Below are positions 1-11,375 of a stretch of 64,000 bases of DNA, in pieces. Each line of letters starts with the position of its first letter. Within the stretch, counting starts at the first letter, position 1. The notes beneath the pieces are model-generated. The model was not told where the DNA came from, searched no databases, and worked only from the letters and a program-made list of their open reading frames with translations. Both the position numbers and the translations under genes were made by a program. Source of the stretch: Mizuhopecten yessoensis (Eukaryota); NCBI RefSeq assembly GCF_002113885.1, contig NW_018408919.1, forward strand, positions 1,640,987-1,704,986, given 5' to 3'.

Positions 1-2150
1 GGTGTTAGTGGTTGTGATGATCTAGTTTCTGTGGTGTTACTGAGGACAGCTATCTGGTTACCATGGTGTTAGTGGTTGTGATGATCTAGTTTCTGTGGTG
101 TTACTGAGGACAGCTATCTGGTTACCATGGTGTTAGTGGTTGTGATGATCTAGTTTCTGTGGTGTTACTGAGGACAGCTATCTGGTTACCATGGTGTTAG
201 TGGTTGTGATGATCTAGTTTCTGTGGTGTTACTGAGGACAGCTATCTGGTTACCATGGTGTTAGTGGTTGTGATGATCTAGTTTCTGTGGTGTTACTGAG
301 GACAGCTATCTGGTTACCATGGTGTTAGTGGTTGTGATGATCTAGTTTCTGTGGTGTTACTGAGGACAGCTATCTGGTTACCATGGTGTTAGTGGTTGTG
401 ATGATCTAGTTTCTGTGGTGTTACTGAGGACAGCTATCTGGTTACCATGGTGTTAGTGGTTGTGATGATCTAGTTTCTGTGGTGTTACTGAGGACAGCTA
501 TCTGGTTACCATGGTGTTAGTGGTTGTGATGATCTGGTTTCTGTGGTGTTACTGAGGACAGCTATCTGGTTACCATGGTGTTAGTGGTTGTGATGATCTA
601 GTTTCTATGGTGTTACTGAGGACAGGTATCTGGTTACCATGGTGTTAGTGATTATGATGATCTGGTTTCTGGGGTGTTACTGAGGACAGCTATCTGGTTA
701 CCATGGTGTTTGAGATTGTGATGATCTGGTTTCTGTGGTGTGACTGAGTACAGGTATCTGGTTACCATGGTGTTAGTGATTATGAAGATCTAGTTTCTGT
801 GGTGTTACTGAGGACAGCTATCTGGTTACCATGGTGTTTGTGATTGTGATGATCTGGTTTCTGTGGTGTGACTGAGGACAGGTATCTGGTTACCATGGTG
901 TTAGTGATTATGATGATCTAGTTTCTGTGGTGTTACTGAGGACAGCTATCTGGTTACCATAGTGTTAGTGGTTGTAATGATCTATTTCTGTGGTGTTACT
1001 GAGGACAGCTATCTGGTTACCATGGTTTTAGTGGTTGTGATGATCTAGTTTCTGTGGTGTTACTGAGGACAGCTATCTGGTTACCATGGTGTTAGTGATT
1101 ATGATGATCTGGTTTCTGTGATGTAACTGAGGAAAGCTATCTGGTTACCATGGTGTTAGTGATTATGATGATCTAGTTTCTGTGGTGTTACTGAGGACAG
1201 CTATCTGGTTACCATGGTGTTAGTGGTTGTGATGATCTGGTTTCTGTGGTGTTACTGAAGACAGCTATCTGGTTACCATGGTGTTAGTGATTATGATGGT
1301 CTAGTTTCTGTGGTGTTACTGAGGTCAGCTATCTGGTTTCCATGGTGTTAGTGGTTGTGATGATCTGGTTTCTGTGGTGTTACTGAGGACAGCTATCTGG
1401 TTACCATGGTGTTAGTGATTATGATGGTCTAGTTTCTTTGGTGTTACTGAGAACAGCTATCTGGTTACCATGGTGTTAGTGGTTGTGATGATCTAGTTTC
1501 TCTGGTGTGACTGAGGACAGCTATCTGGTTACCATGGTGTTAGTGATTATGATGATCTAGTGTCTGTGGTGTTACTGGGGTCAGCTATCTGGTTACCCTG
1601 GTGTTAGTGGTTGTAATGATCTATTTCTGTGGTGTTACTGGGGACAGCTATCTGCTTACCATGGTGTTAGAGATTATGATGATCTAGTGTCTGTGGTGTT
1701 ACTGGGGTCAGCTATCTGGTTTCCATTGTGTTAGTGATTATGATGATTTAGTTTCTGTGGTGTGACTGAGGACAGCTATATGGTTACCATGGTGTGAGTG
1801 ATTATGATGGTATAGTTTCTGTGGTGTCACTGGGGACAGCTACCTGGTTACCATGGTGTTAGTGGTTGTGATGATCTGGTTTCTGTAGTGTTACTGAGGA
1901 CAGTTATCTGGTTACCATGGTGTTAGTGGTTGTGATGATCTAGTTTCTGTGGTGTTACTGAGGTCAGCTATCTGGTTACCATGGTGTTAGTGGTTGTAAT
2001 GATCTATTTCTGTGGTGTTACTGAGGACAGCTATCTGGTTACCATGGTGTTAGTGGTTGTGATGATCTGGTTTCTCTGGTGTTACTGAGGACAGCTGTCT
2101 GGTTACCATGGTGTTAGTGGTTGTGATGATCTGGTTTCTGTGATGTTACC
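1..2150. repeat. Tandem minisatellite, 64-bp unit, ~33 copies, runs off the window start
   Basis: Unit GGTGTTAGTGGTTGTGATGATCTAGTTTCTGTGGTGTTACTGAGGACAGCTATCTGGTTACCAT recurs at 1, 65, 129, etc. The first ~8 copies are identical and later copies are diverged. The unit length is not a multiple of 3 and no ORF is called. Confidence 0.97.
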
Positions 2151-2625
2151 AAAGGAGATTATTTGGTTCCTTGGGGGTCAAGTGACTAAGGGGGCATTAT
2201 ATTTTATTCTTGAGTGGTGCAGGTTCTTTATAAAGAAACTTCTTAAATATGTATTAGTGTTGAAAATTGCTTAAGATAATGATAAATCAGTGTGGATGAT
2301 GTAAACAATACAGAATTAGAGAACTTGTGTTGATTTTGTAAACCTGTGCTTTTGAAGGCCAAAAGATGCGCATATCATTAACCTTTCCATGATATTTAAC
2401 ACTTGGTGTGCAGCAATCAGACACCAAAGCCTTTGTTGACAAGTTTATTGTTGCTGTAAGGATCCCTGTACCACTGCCCAAAGGCGACAGTGGGATGGAG
2501 GTCCTGAAGGGCCATTTATATATAGTGTGTATTGCACATTTTCTCATTTTAACATAAAAAGTAGATAAAAGAAAGAAAGTTAATACCAGAAAATGTTACT
2601 CACACATAAATATGAAATCAGTTAA

Positions 2626-2708
2626 CCCTTTGGCCACTGTAGACCATAATGGACTCATCCAGATCAATGCAAGGTAGAGTCCACTAAGTTACATAGGGGA
2701 TGAAAGGG
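2626..2708. mobile_element. Short piggyBac-like MITE (TTAA-flanked)
   Basis: TTAA|CCCTTT...AAAGGG|TTAA, with TTAA at 2622-2625 and 2709-2712. Shares the internal ATAATGGACT with the 6507-6589 element. Confidence 0.65.
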
Positions 2709-3048
2709 TTAAATCAGTAATTTGAAGTGTCCTGATTTTGGAGAGTTTGACTGTTTTTGTATTGTTGTCTGTCTTTTGTAAAATCTCTTTTATTTTGATA
2801 TCTTTTACATATCATATCTATATATATTTTATTCAAATTGTTTAACTGTATTTCTGATTGAATGTTTTGAATACACTGAAACCATGACATAATGCCTTTT
2901 GTTTCTTAAATATTCTTCTATGTGGTTTTTAGAGGATATGTCACCAATTTCTTTTATAAAGCAGCTGTTTTACTGGGACAATGGTGGCAACATAACAGTT
3001 TTTTCCTGTGATATACATTATATACATGGAAGTGGTTTTCACTATATA

Positions 3049-3480
3049 CAGTGACTTTCAGTAAGTTTTTCATGTTACATCATTACCCATTGGAATCCCA
3101 TTAGAGGATTATCCGGTGTCTGTTCTGGTAATATTTATATTATCATCCATGGCTCTGTTATTGAGATATCACTTTCATCCCAGCATAAAAGGTATACTTT
3201 GTTGTCATTCCCATAGATACAATGTTGAATTTTACCGTAAAAATTGTTTTTGCCAAGTGACCCGTCACGGTTTGAATTCTAAGAAATGGATAATTGTATT
3301 AATATTACCAAGAAAAGCGCTAGGTAATTCTATAACTTTGTGCTGAATTCATTACCCTTTTTTTTTTTTTACCTGAAATGAATTAAGCCAGGGAAATAAA
3401 ATTTCCAAAAGTAAATTAACATGGAATCAATGGGAAAATGACGTAACGTGAAAGACTTTTTAAATTGTGGCACGTCACTG
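3049..3480. mobile_element. Tc1/mariner-like MITE
   Basis: TA|CAGTGAC...GTCACTG|TA termini with imperfect inverted repeats of ~55 bp (TTTTCATGTTACATCATT-CCCATTG vs CAATGGGAAAATGACGTAACGTGAAA). Confidence 0.6.
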
Positions 3481-3624
3481 TATCATGTACAATGCAATGT
3501 ATTTTCTATTACAATGCTGGAATATAATTGACCTAGGTAAGCACACATTCTCTGTGATACTTTACTCTGAATCCCATTTTCAGTGACTGCAGGTGTAATT
3601 GATTAAGATACATACCAAACTATT

Positions 3625-4602
3625 GTCTGTCTATTAGTGACACTTGTGTTACTGGTTTACCACAAATTGTCCGTCTGTAAGTTTACCACAAATTGTCCGT
3701 CTGTAACAAGTGTTACTGGTTTACCACAAATTGTCTGTCTGTTAGTGACACAAGTGTTACTGGTTTACCACAAATTGTCCGTCTGTCAGTGACACATGTG
3801 TTACTGGTTTACCACAAATTGTCCGTCTGTAAGCGACACAAGTGTTACTGGTTTACCACAAATTGTCCGTCTGTCAGTGACACTTGTGTTACTGGTTTAC
3901 CACAAATTGTCCGTCTGTTAGTGACACTTGTGTTACTGGTTTACCACAAATTGTCCATCTGTAAGTGACACTTGTGTTACTGGTTTACCACAGATTGTCC
4001 GTCTGTAAGTGACACTTGTGTTACTGGTTTACCACAAATTGACCGTCTGTAAGTGACACTTGTGTTACTGGTTTACCACTAATTGTCCGTCTGTAAGCGA
4101 CACAAGTGTTACTGGTTTACCGCAAATTGTCCGTCTGTCAGTGACACTTGTGTTACTGGTTTACCACAAATTGACCGTCTGTAAGTGACACTTGTGTTAC
4201 TGGTTTACCACTAATTGTCCGTCTGTAAGCGACACAAGTGTTACTGGTTTACCACAAATTGTCCGTCTGTTAGTGACACAAGTGGTACTGGTTTACCACA
4301 AATTGTCCGTCTGTAAGTAACACAAGTGTTACTGGTTTACCACAAATTGTCCGTCTGTTAGTGACACAAGCGTTACTGGTTTACCACAAATTGTCCGTCT
4401 GTAAGAGACACAAGTGTTACTGGTTTACCACAAATTGTCCGTCTGTTAGTGACACAAGCGTTACTGGTTTACCACAAATTGTCCGTCTGTAAGTAACACA
4501 AGTGTTACTGGTTTACCACAAATTGTCCGTCTGTTAGTGACACAAGTGGTACTGGTTTACCACAAATTGTCCGTCTGTAAGTGACACTTGTGTTACTGGT
4601 TC
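3625..4602. repeat. Tandem minisatellite, 44-bp unit, ~22 copies
   Basis: Unit GTGACAC(TT/AA)GTGTTACTGGTTTACCACAAATTGTCCGTCTGT(A/T/C)A; period 44 (e.g. 3965 and 4009). Confidence 0.96.
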
Positions 4603-5107
4603 ACACTGAATTAACATTATACTAGAGAAACCCACATTGGAAGTTCTCACTGCGTTAATAAATGATACTGAAACTAATAATTTGAATTTTGAATATATTA
4701 GGTCAGTATCTGGATTATAAACAATGTGCATGCCGTCCAAAACGATACTGTTTGCTGTGATATTGTTAAATCATTTTTGTTTCTACGTGATATTTCTTCT
4801 CGGGTCATATTAAAAGCCAGCTTTTTCAGTTATTGTCATGTGTACAATAATACTGTGATACAACATTGTGATTTCTTCAGATATTACAACACTTTGAGGA
4901 ACAGCTGTATTTGTAACATTTTTATTCAACAATTCATTCAGACACATATATTACAAAACATTCCTATCACAAAATGTAAGTTACCATTCCTTACAAATTG
5001 AAAACAATTTGATATGTATATTTAAATAATACTGTTATAATGTATATATTTCAGCAGTATTCTAAGTCTAGTGATTCTTCCGCTTTAAATCTTTTGCTCA
5101 TTTTTGA

Positions 5108-5565
5108 TTGCACTAAATGAAGTTTCTGTATATAATATTGTATTGCATACCGGTATATTGTGAGTGCGCCAATTCATCAATGCGCAAATCTGTTAAAATT
5201 CAATAATATGATCAAATTCAAGTCTGATTTAATAAACAAATTTACAGTGTACCTGGATCAAAATGGGATAAACTTTAATTTTTACTTTCTATTTTTCACT
5301 CATAAAAGTAATTTTTGAAGCTTTTCAAAAGTTTGCTGAGAATAATTTATTGCACTAATTAAAGTTTCTATATATGATGTTATTGCAAATATTGTGAGTG
5401 CACCAATTCATCAATGCGCAAATCTGTTAAAATTCAATGATACGATAAAATTTGAGTCTGATAAAATAAATAAATTTACAGTGTACCTGGATCAAAACGG
5501 GATAAACTTTAATTTTTACTGCTCATAAAAGTAATTTTTGAAGCTTTTCAAAAATTTGCTGAGAA
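5108..5565. repeat. Direct tandem duplication of ~220-240 bp
   Basis: 5108-5343 matches 5350-5565 (TTGCACTAA...CCAATTCATCAATGCGCAAATCTG...GAAGCTTTTCAAAA). Confidence 0.85.
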
Positions 5566-5732
5566 CAATTCTAAATCATGATTTTTTATCAAATACCACA
5601 TCTGTGATGTAAAAGATGGCTTTTAAAACAGAAGAAATGAAAAAGAATTTATTACCTCCAGAAAATAAAAGCATATTCATTGTCTTCTGTATGATCTACC
5701 TGGTATAGGAACATATAATATATACATAACAA

Positions 5733-5890
5733 TATAAGACTCTTCCATGTCAGGGGTGTAGGATATGGAAATTCCACTAGAGGGGTTTTCAAATGGGGTA
5801 AAACCCGAGGCTTGGCGAGGGTTTTGCACCCATTTGAAAACCCTTTGGGTGGAATTTCTCTATCCTACACCCCTGAGCATGGGATGGCAA
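5733..5890. mobile_element. Palindromic (foldback) MITE, same family as 10030-10195 and 17000-17155
   Basis: Arms CAGGGGTGTAGGATA.GGAAATTCCAC and GTGGAATTTC.CTATCCTACACCCCTG flank the core CCCGAGGCTTGGCGAGGG. Confidence 0.8.
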
Positions 5891-6067
5891 CACTTGCAAC
5901 ATTTTTTCTCAAATACTGAAATCCTGAAGTTTGCTAAACCGATGGTCACTTTCGTATATTCTAAATAAAATATTAACTGAATTTCAAATAACAGAATATA
6001 TGTGATATACCCAATATATTTTAATATAAAAAGTTGGTTGCCATACCATACTTTCAAGCTCTCCCTA

Positions 6068-7323
6068 TTTTAAGGTCACCTGAGACAAAGTCTCAAGTGA
6101 CCTATTGCGTCAGTAAACAATTTACGTTTTCAACTTCTTCTCCAAAACCCCTGAACCAATTTCAATGAAATTTTGCAGGGATCTTCCATGGACAAAGATC
6201 AACCAAAAAATTGGCCGGTTTAGTCCCAGGCCCCCAGGTGCCTGAGGGGCGGGGCAAAAAAGGGTCAAATTGACTAAAATTTCAAAAATCTTCTTCTCCA
6301 AAACCCTTGAACCAATTTCAATGAAATTTTGCAGGGATCTTCCATGGACAAAGGTCAACAAAAATAGTGGCCGATTTAGTCCCAAGTCCCCAGGGACCTG
6401 AGGGGCGGGGCAAAAAAGGGTCAAATTGACTAAAATTTCAAAAATCTTCTTCTCAAGACCCAGATATGGTAGAATCAAATACTCTTCATATATGAAAGGG
6501 TCTTAACTCATTCACCCCTGAAATTTTATAATGGACTATTCTAACCTTGGAATTGGAAGAGTTCAAATGCAGCTTCAGGGGTGAATGAGTTAAGGTGCTT
6601 TACCAAAATTGTGAATTTCTTGACCATTGGGTCTCACGTTTCCCCCTGGGGAGGAAGTAAACTTTACTATAGTTTATATTGGGAAATCACATTTTGGACC
6701 AACATATGTTTAATTTCCATTGGAAGTAATTCAATTCAGGTGAGCATTATCAGTATTAGGTAGCAGTTTGATAGTATGCACATATGAGCCCTGACTGACC
6801 CCTAGGGGCTGATGGGTGGGGCCAAAAAGGGTTGAATTGACTGAAATTTCAAAAATCTTCTTCTCAAGACCCAGATATGGTAGAATCAAATACTCTTCAT
6901 AGATGGAAGGGTCTTAAGGTTTATGACCCTAGGGTCTCAAGTTTACCCCTGGGGAAGGGGCAAAATTTATATGGTTCATAATGGCAAATGATACTTTGAA
7001 TATTACATGTTGATAACTTGATTGGAATTATAACCCTGAGTTGACAGTTTGATACTTTGAAAATTTTGAGCCAGCCCTACCCCCAAGGGCTGTAGGGTGG
7101 GGCTCAAAGGAGTCAGTGTGCTAAAATTTCTTCATTTTCCTTGTTTAGAATCAGAGGTGCTAGTTTCAAATACTTTTTAGTCTTAAATCTGTATGCTAGA
7201 GATTGAATAAGGTGGTTTTATTGTTATTTTCACTTTGAATAATATTTCTGTACATGTTAAAAACAAAATCAACTCTCTGTATAAATATATCGGGTGACTG
7301 TTAAGGCCCATGGGCCTCTTGTT
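6068..7323 (+). mobile_element. Non-autonomous Helentron-associated element (HINE/CvA-like) with internal tandem repeats
   Basis: 5' end AGGTCACCTGAGACAAAGTCTCAAGTGACCT; internal ~165-bp repeats containing AAAATCTTCTTCTC; 3' end GGTGACTGTTAAGGCCCATGGGCCTCTTGTT with a short palindrome. Same family as 50466-51731. Confidence 0.8.
6507..6589. mobile_element. TTAA-targeting MITE nested in the HINE
   Basis: TTAA|CTCATTCACCCCTGAA...TTCAGGGGTGAATGAG|TTAA with 16-bp perfect TIRs. The empty site GGGTCTTAAGGT is present in the sister repeat unit at ~6909-6920. Confidence 0.85.
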
Positions 7324-9131
7324 GAGGGAGACTCCCAATTTTGGAGCCTTAAAAAGGGCATTTTAACCAGTGAATTTGCTAAACTATTTCTATTTTCTAA
7401 GATCTGATGATGTTTTCTGAAAGAACAACTGTGAAGATGATGTCATTTAAAAGTATTATTTTTTCTCTTAGAGTGTACAAATTTTGTTTATGATTTAAAT
7501 TATGAGCATGCGAATCTCCCCCATGAGAACTTTAAAACAAGTAGCATGGGCTTAGAGAGTCATCTTTAAGTATTCAATATACAAAATGTATTGTGGTAAG
7601 ACAAAAACTCTTCAAAAGATATTTGTGACGTTTACATTATGAGCCAATTATGTTAGCTCTGAGCACTATTGGATTAACAGTTAAGACATCCGAGATCATT
7701 TCATTGATAAAAAACTCAATCACACACAATGGATGAAAAAATCAGTTATTTTAAGTGTAAGGAGTCCTGCAAAGTAGTAATAGTAGTTATACTCAAACCC
7801 ATAGCTTAGGATGTTCTCCCACAAATGTTCCCTAGTCCAAGTGTGGATAATTCCTAACTTACGGATCCTTGTCCACTGAACTTTGTTTTTTTTCACACGT
7901 ACAGTAACCTCCCCTTAATTAGGGCTCGCAAAATGCGGGTGCCCTATATAGTAATCACAGTGTCGTCTGTATGTCACTGCTTTTGTTTAAGGAGATTATC
8001 TCATGATTCAGATGGCCAAAATTTCTGAAATTTCACAGGGTGATACTTCGTGATTTGCAGATGTGCAATTGGGGTTTAAAAAGCTCCTAAGTTCAAGGTC
8101 ACTGTTACTTAAGATAGAATTGGGAATATACAGTCAAAAAGACATTTGATAAGGGCCTTCCAGAAGGCCAAACTTTCTGAGATTTCCTATAATTATACAC
8201 TTTAATTACATGCAGATGTGCAGTAGTGGATTGAAAAACTCCTATAGTCAAGGTCGCTGTTATTAAAAAACGGAAATGGGAATATCCTGTCAAAATTTCA
8301 TCATACATGTATAAGGCCCTTACAGAAGGCCAAATTTTCTGAAATTTCACAAGATGGTACATGTGTAATAAGGGTTTAAAAGGTTTCGAAGGTCAACATT
8401 GCCATTACTTTAAAATAGAACAGGGCATATACTGTCAAAAATTATTGTATGGTCCTTTCTGAACAGTGGATGATCACTTTTGCTTTAGCTTGCTGCTTAA
8501 AGTCAGGAGATACACTGTCAGGCATACAGCGGGGCCCTTGCTGACCTGTCAGTAGTCTAGTTTCGTTTTGTATATATCAGTAGTTTAGTTTTGATTTGTG
8601 TATATCTGTAGCACCACAGGTACTGACCCCGTTTCTCAATACACCCATAATATTATGAATGTATTATGAAGGCTATTTTTACACTCAGAACACTTGTTGA
8701 TTATAGTTTTTGATTTCTCTTTCTTTTTCATAAAAGTCCAACTAGGTATGGTATTCTTTTCACAAATAAATTAATCAAAGTTATAGTCATGTCAGAAAAA
8801 AACGTTTTCAAAGGCATAGTCACAGTCTCGCGCAGTGGTACTGGGATCCTTAAGTTACACTTTACCATGGAGAATTGTAAGTTGAATAAATATCTGTTAA
8901 AAGATTTGATGAACCATTAACTTGAGGACGTCGCAGTTGAACACTTGTTTCCATTGGACACGTGGGTAGTTTAAGGTAAAAATAATATTAGTATTGCAAT
9001 GAATATGGGTGTAAATATTGAATGATGTACACACTACTACACGTTTTGAATGCATTTTTAAACCCTTTTTGGATTAAATCTTTACATTTTGGATGATTTA
9101 TTTCAGCATATTTTACATGATTTATGCAATC

Positions 9132-9480
9132 TTCGATACTCCCGGGGTTACGCTCACTTTCGCTCTCTACACCCCTGGAATATATGCCATAGCAAAATTG
9201 AAGGCATGCAGCTAGCTATTTGATTGGTCTCCAGTGAAAAAGAAACCTGACCAACCGGTAAGCTGCAGATACATGTCCTTTTTAGATTACAGAGGAGCGA
9301 CACCCAATTTCAAATCCCGTCAGTTTTGCCGTCACGCGCTGCGATATTCTTTTGATGTACAACAAAGGATCTAACTACGGCTTCTTTTACACCAACAAGG
9401 TACAATGGAGCACACACCGAACCTTCGATATTCCAGGGGTGCAGGGAACGTAAGTTAACGTAACCCCTAAAGTATCCGAG
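9132..9480. mobile_element. MITE with ~50-bp imperfect terminal inverted repeats
   Basis: GATACT..GGGGTTACG...CACCCCTGGAATAT versus ATATTCCAGGGGTG...CGTAACCCC..AGTATC. Confidence 0.65.
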
Positions 9481-10029
9481 CATGGATGGGTGTTATTTAT
9501 CAGTATAAAAATTGTATTTATTATTCAAAATAAATTGTCTCGTATTTTTATGTAGTACATGTATAAACATATATATTTTATAACAGTAGTAAAATGATCC
9601 TTGATAATATAAATAACATAAAGAGAAAAAAACCTCAACAACACGTCCGTAGCACTTTCATCTCATCAAGGAATATTCTTTCTCTTACCCTGGACAGACT
9701 TATTCTTACTTTTACCGATGTGAGATTTCCTTGTCTCACCCTAGGGTTGAGACGAGCTACACATGCTCTTTGCACGTTCTCCACAATAAACCTGACGTCA
9801 CTGATGTGACCCAGAAGAATACTTTTATGAGGTCATACGTACACAAATCTTGTCGTGTTTACATTTGACATCAAAGAAAATGGGATTGATTTTAAAATGT
9901 TTAAAATATGATGCGTGAACCGTCTGACGCATACATATAATATTAAAACGCTATCCACGTGTTCCTGTTTACAAACAATATGCTTCGTCTTACACTTGGA
10001 CAGGAACAACAGGGGAAGAAAAAAAAAAT

Positions 10030-10195
10030 CATTCCCCCCCCCCCCCCCGGGGGATGAGATAGGGGGATCTCAACCCTCGGGGGGAATATTCTTAAGTTGC
10101 CAAACACTCGGCAAAGCCTCATGTTTGGCAAATTAAGAATATTCCCCCCTCGGGTTGAGATCCCCCTATCTCACCCCCAATGGGATGAAAGATTT
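10030..10195. mobile_element. Palindromic (foldback) MITE
   Basis: Near-perfect hairpin GAGATAGGGGGATCTCAACCCTCGGGGGGAATATTCTTAA.TTGCCAAACA / TGTTTGGCAA.TTAAGAATATTCCCCCCTCGGGTTGAGATCCCCTATCTC around CTCGGCAAAGCCTC. Confidence 0.8.
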
Positions 10196-10479
10196 TATTA
10201 ATCTATCTATATATATTGATCAAGAAATCAGTTTGTGCCGTAAAACCTATAAGATATCGAGACAACTTTTGGGAAGTATCGAAACATCTTGGAACAAGTA
10301 CAAAAACATTTCAGTCTGTTCCCTTAGTGGAATAGGTTTAACACGACGAGATACATTTGATGTTTCCTCTAACCGTTTTCCCGATGTCGGCACATTCATA
10401 TCCGATATACAAATAGCTGACAAACGGCCTCATCCACTTTCACCAACAAAAAGGTAAACAAAATATAAATTATATATAC

Positions 10480-10700
10480 ATGTATTATTTTACAACAATT
10501 ATGAAACAAGTTATTACAACTTAAATTAATCACTCTTGTTAGCCCGGATGTTAGTGCGCGAAGGATCTTAATGTGGGAGGAAACCTGAGTATTATGAAAA
10601 ATTAAAGCTCCCATGGTTCGGCAGGTGACCCCATACCTTTTCACGTCTGATCCAATAATCGAACCCCGGCCGCCTTGGTGAAAGGCGAAAGCGCCACCCT
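10480..10700 (-). mobile_element. tRNA-derived V-domain SINE
   Basis: The minus strand has a B-box-like GGTTCGATT followed by a degenerate V domain (plus-strand TGTGGGAGGAAACC). Related copies lie at 16576-16675 and 31485-31640. Confidence 0.7.
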
Positions 10701-11375
10701 ACTAACATAAAAAGATAGGCAAACAGCTACTTCTGAGGGACGTTTTCTGCATCGTGGCATTTTCGACATGAAACATCCTTTTAATTCCAAGAAAGTAATG
10801 TAATCACCCGCAAACAATGATACTGAAAACCGCGTCATTGTATACACTGAAAGTTCAATGTAGTTGGAAGTCAGTTTGTGCTGAAAAATTAAAAAAAATC
10901 AACCGCTTCGTTTGAATTCTCGTTAGTAACAAAAGAAGTATTGAATGTTTTTCTTTTTCTTGACCTCTTCTTTCCTCGAGTGTGTTGACCATCAATTGAT
11001 GTTAAACATTCTTTACATTCCGCGTCCTCGATTTGCATACGTTGGTACCGTATAGTTTCACATTTGAAAGTGACACCTAGCGATCGAGCAGCAAAAGAAC
11101 TACGGCTAGTAAGCCAATTTATTATAGCTGGTTACTTAAGTGGGGAAATACAGCCGTACTGACAAACTAGCGTTTACAGCGATGTTGTATAACCCTGGGA
11201 TGCGTTCACTAGTTCACCAATGTCGAGCTTGGTGATCAGTGGCTGGATGGGTGCACGTGTGGGCCTGCGCGTTACAAATCTGTTATCTCCGCAAATATGG
11301 TGCCAATCTCAGTCCGTACCACTTATTGGTGAATAGGAATACATAAACAGTTTTTCTCTGAGATCGGCTGTGTGA

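Noticed and set aside
1-4602. 64-bp and 44-bp arrays as CRISPR arrays or coding repeats (ORF 3693-3968)
   Set aside because: The units are contiguous with no unique spacers and no cas genes, the context is eukaryotic, and the unit lengths are not multiples of 3.
6122-6478. ORFs 6122-6478, 34776-35141, 40747-41047, 44760-45060 and 45454-45690
   Set aside because: They lie inside non-autonomous HINE repeats and show no transposase or helicase motifs.
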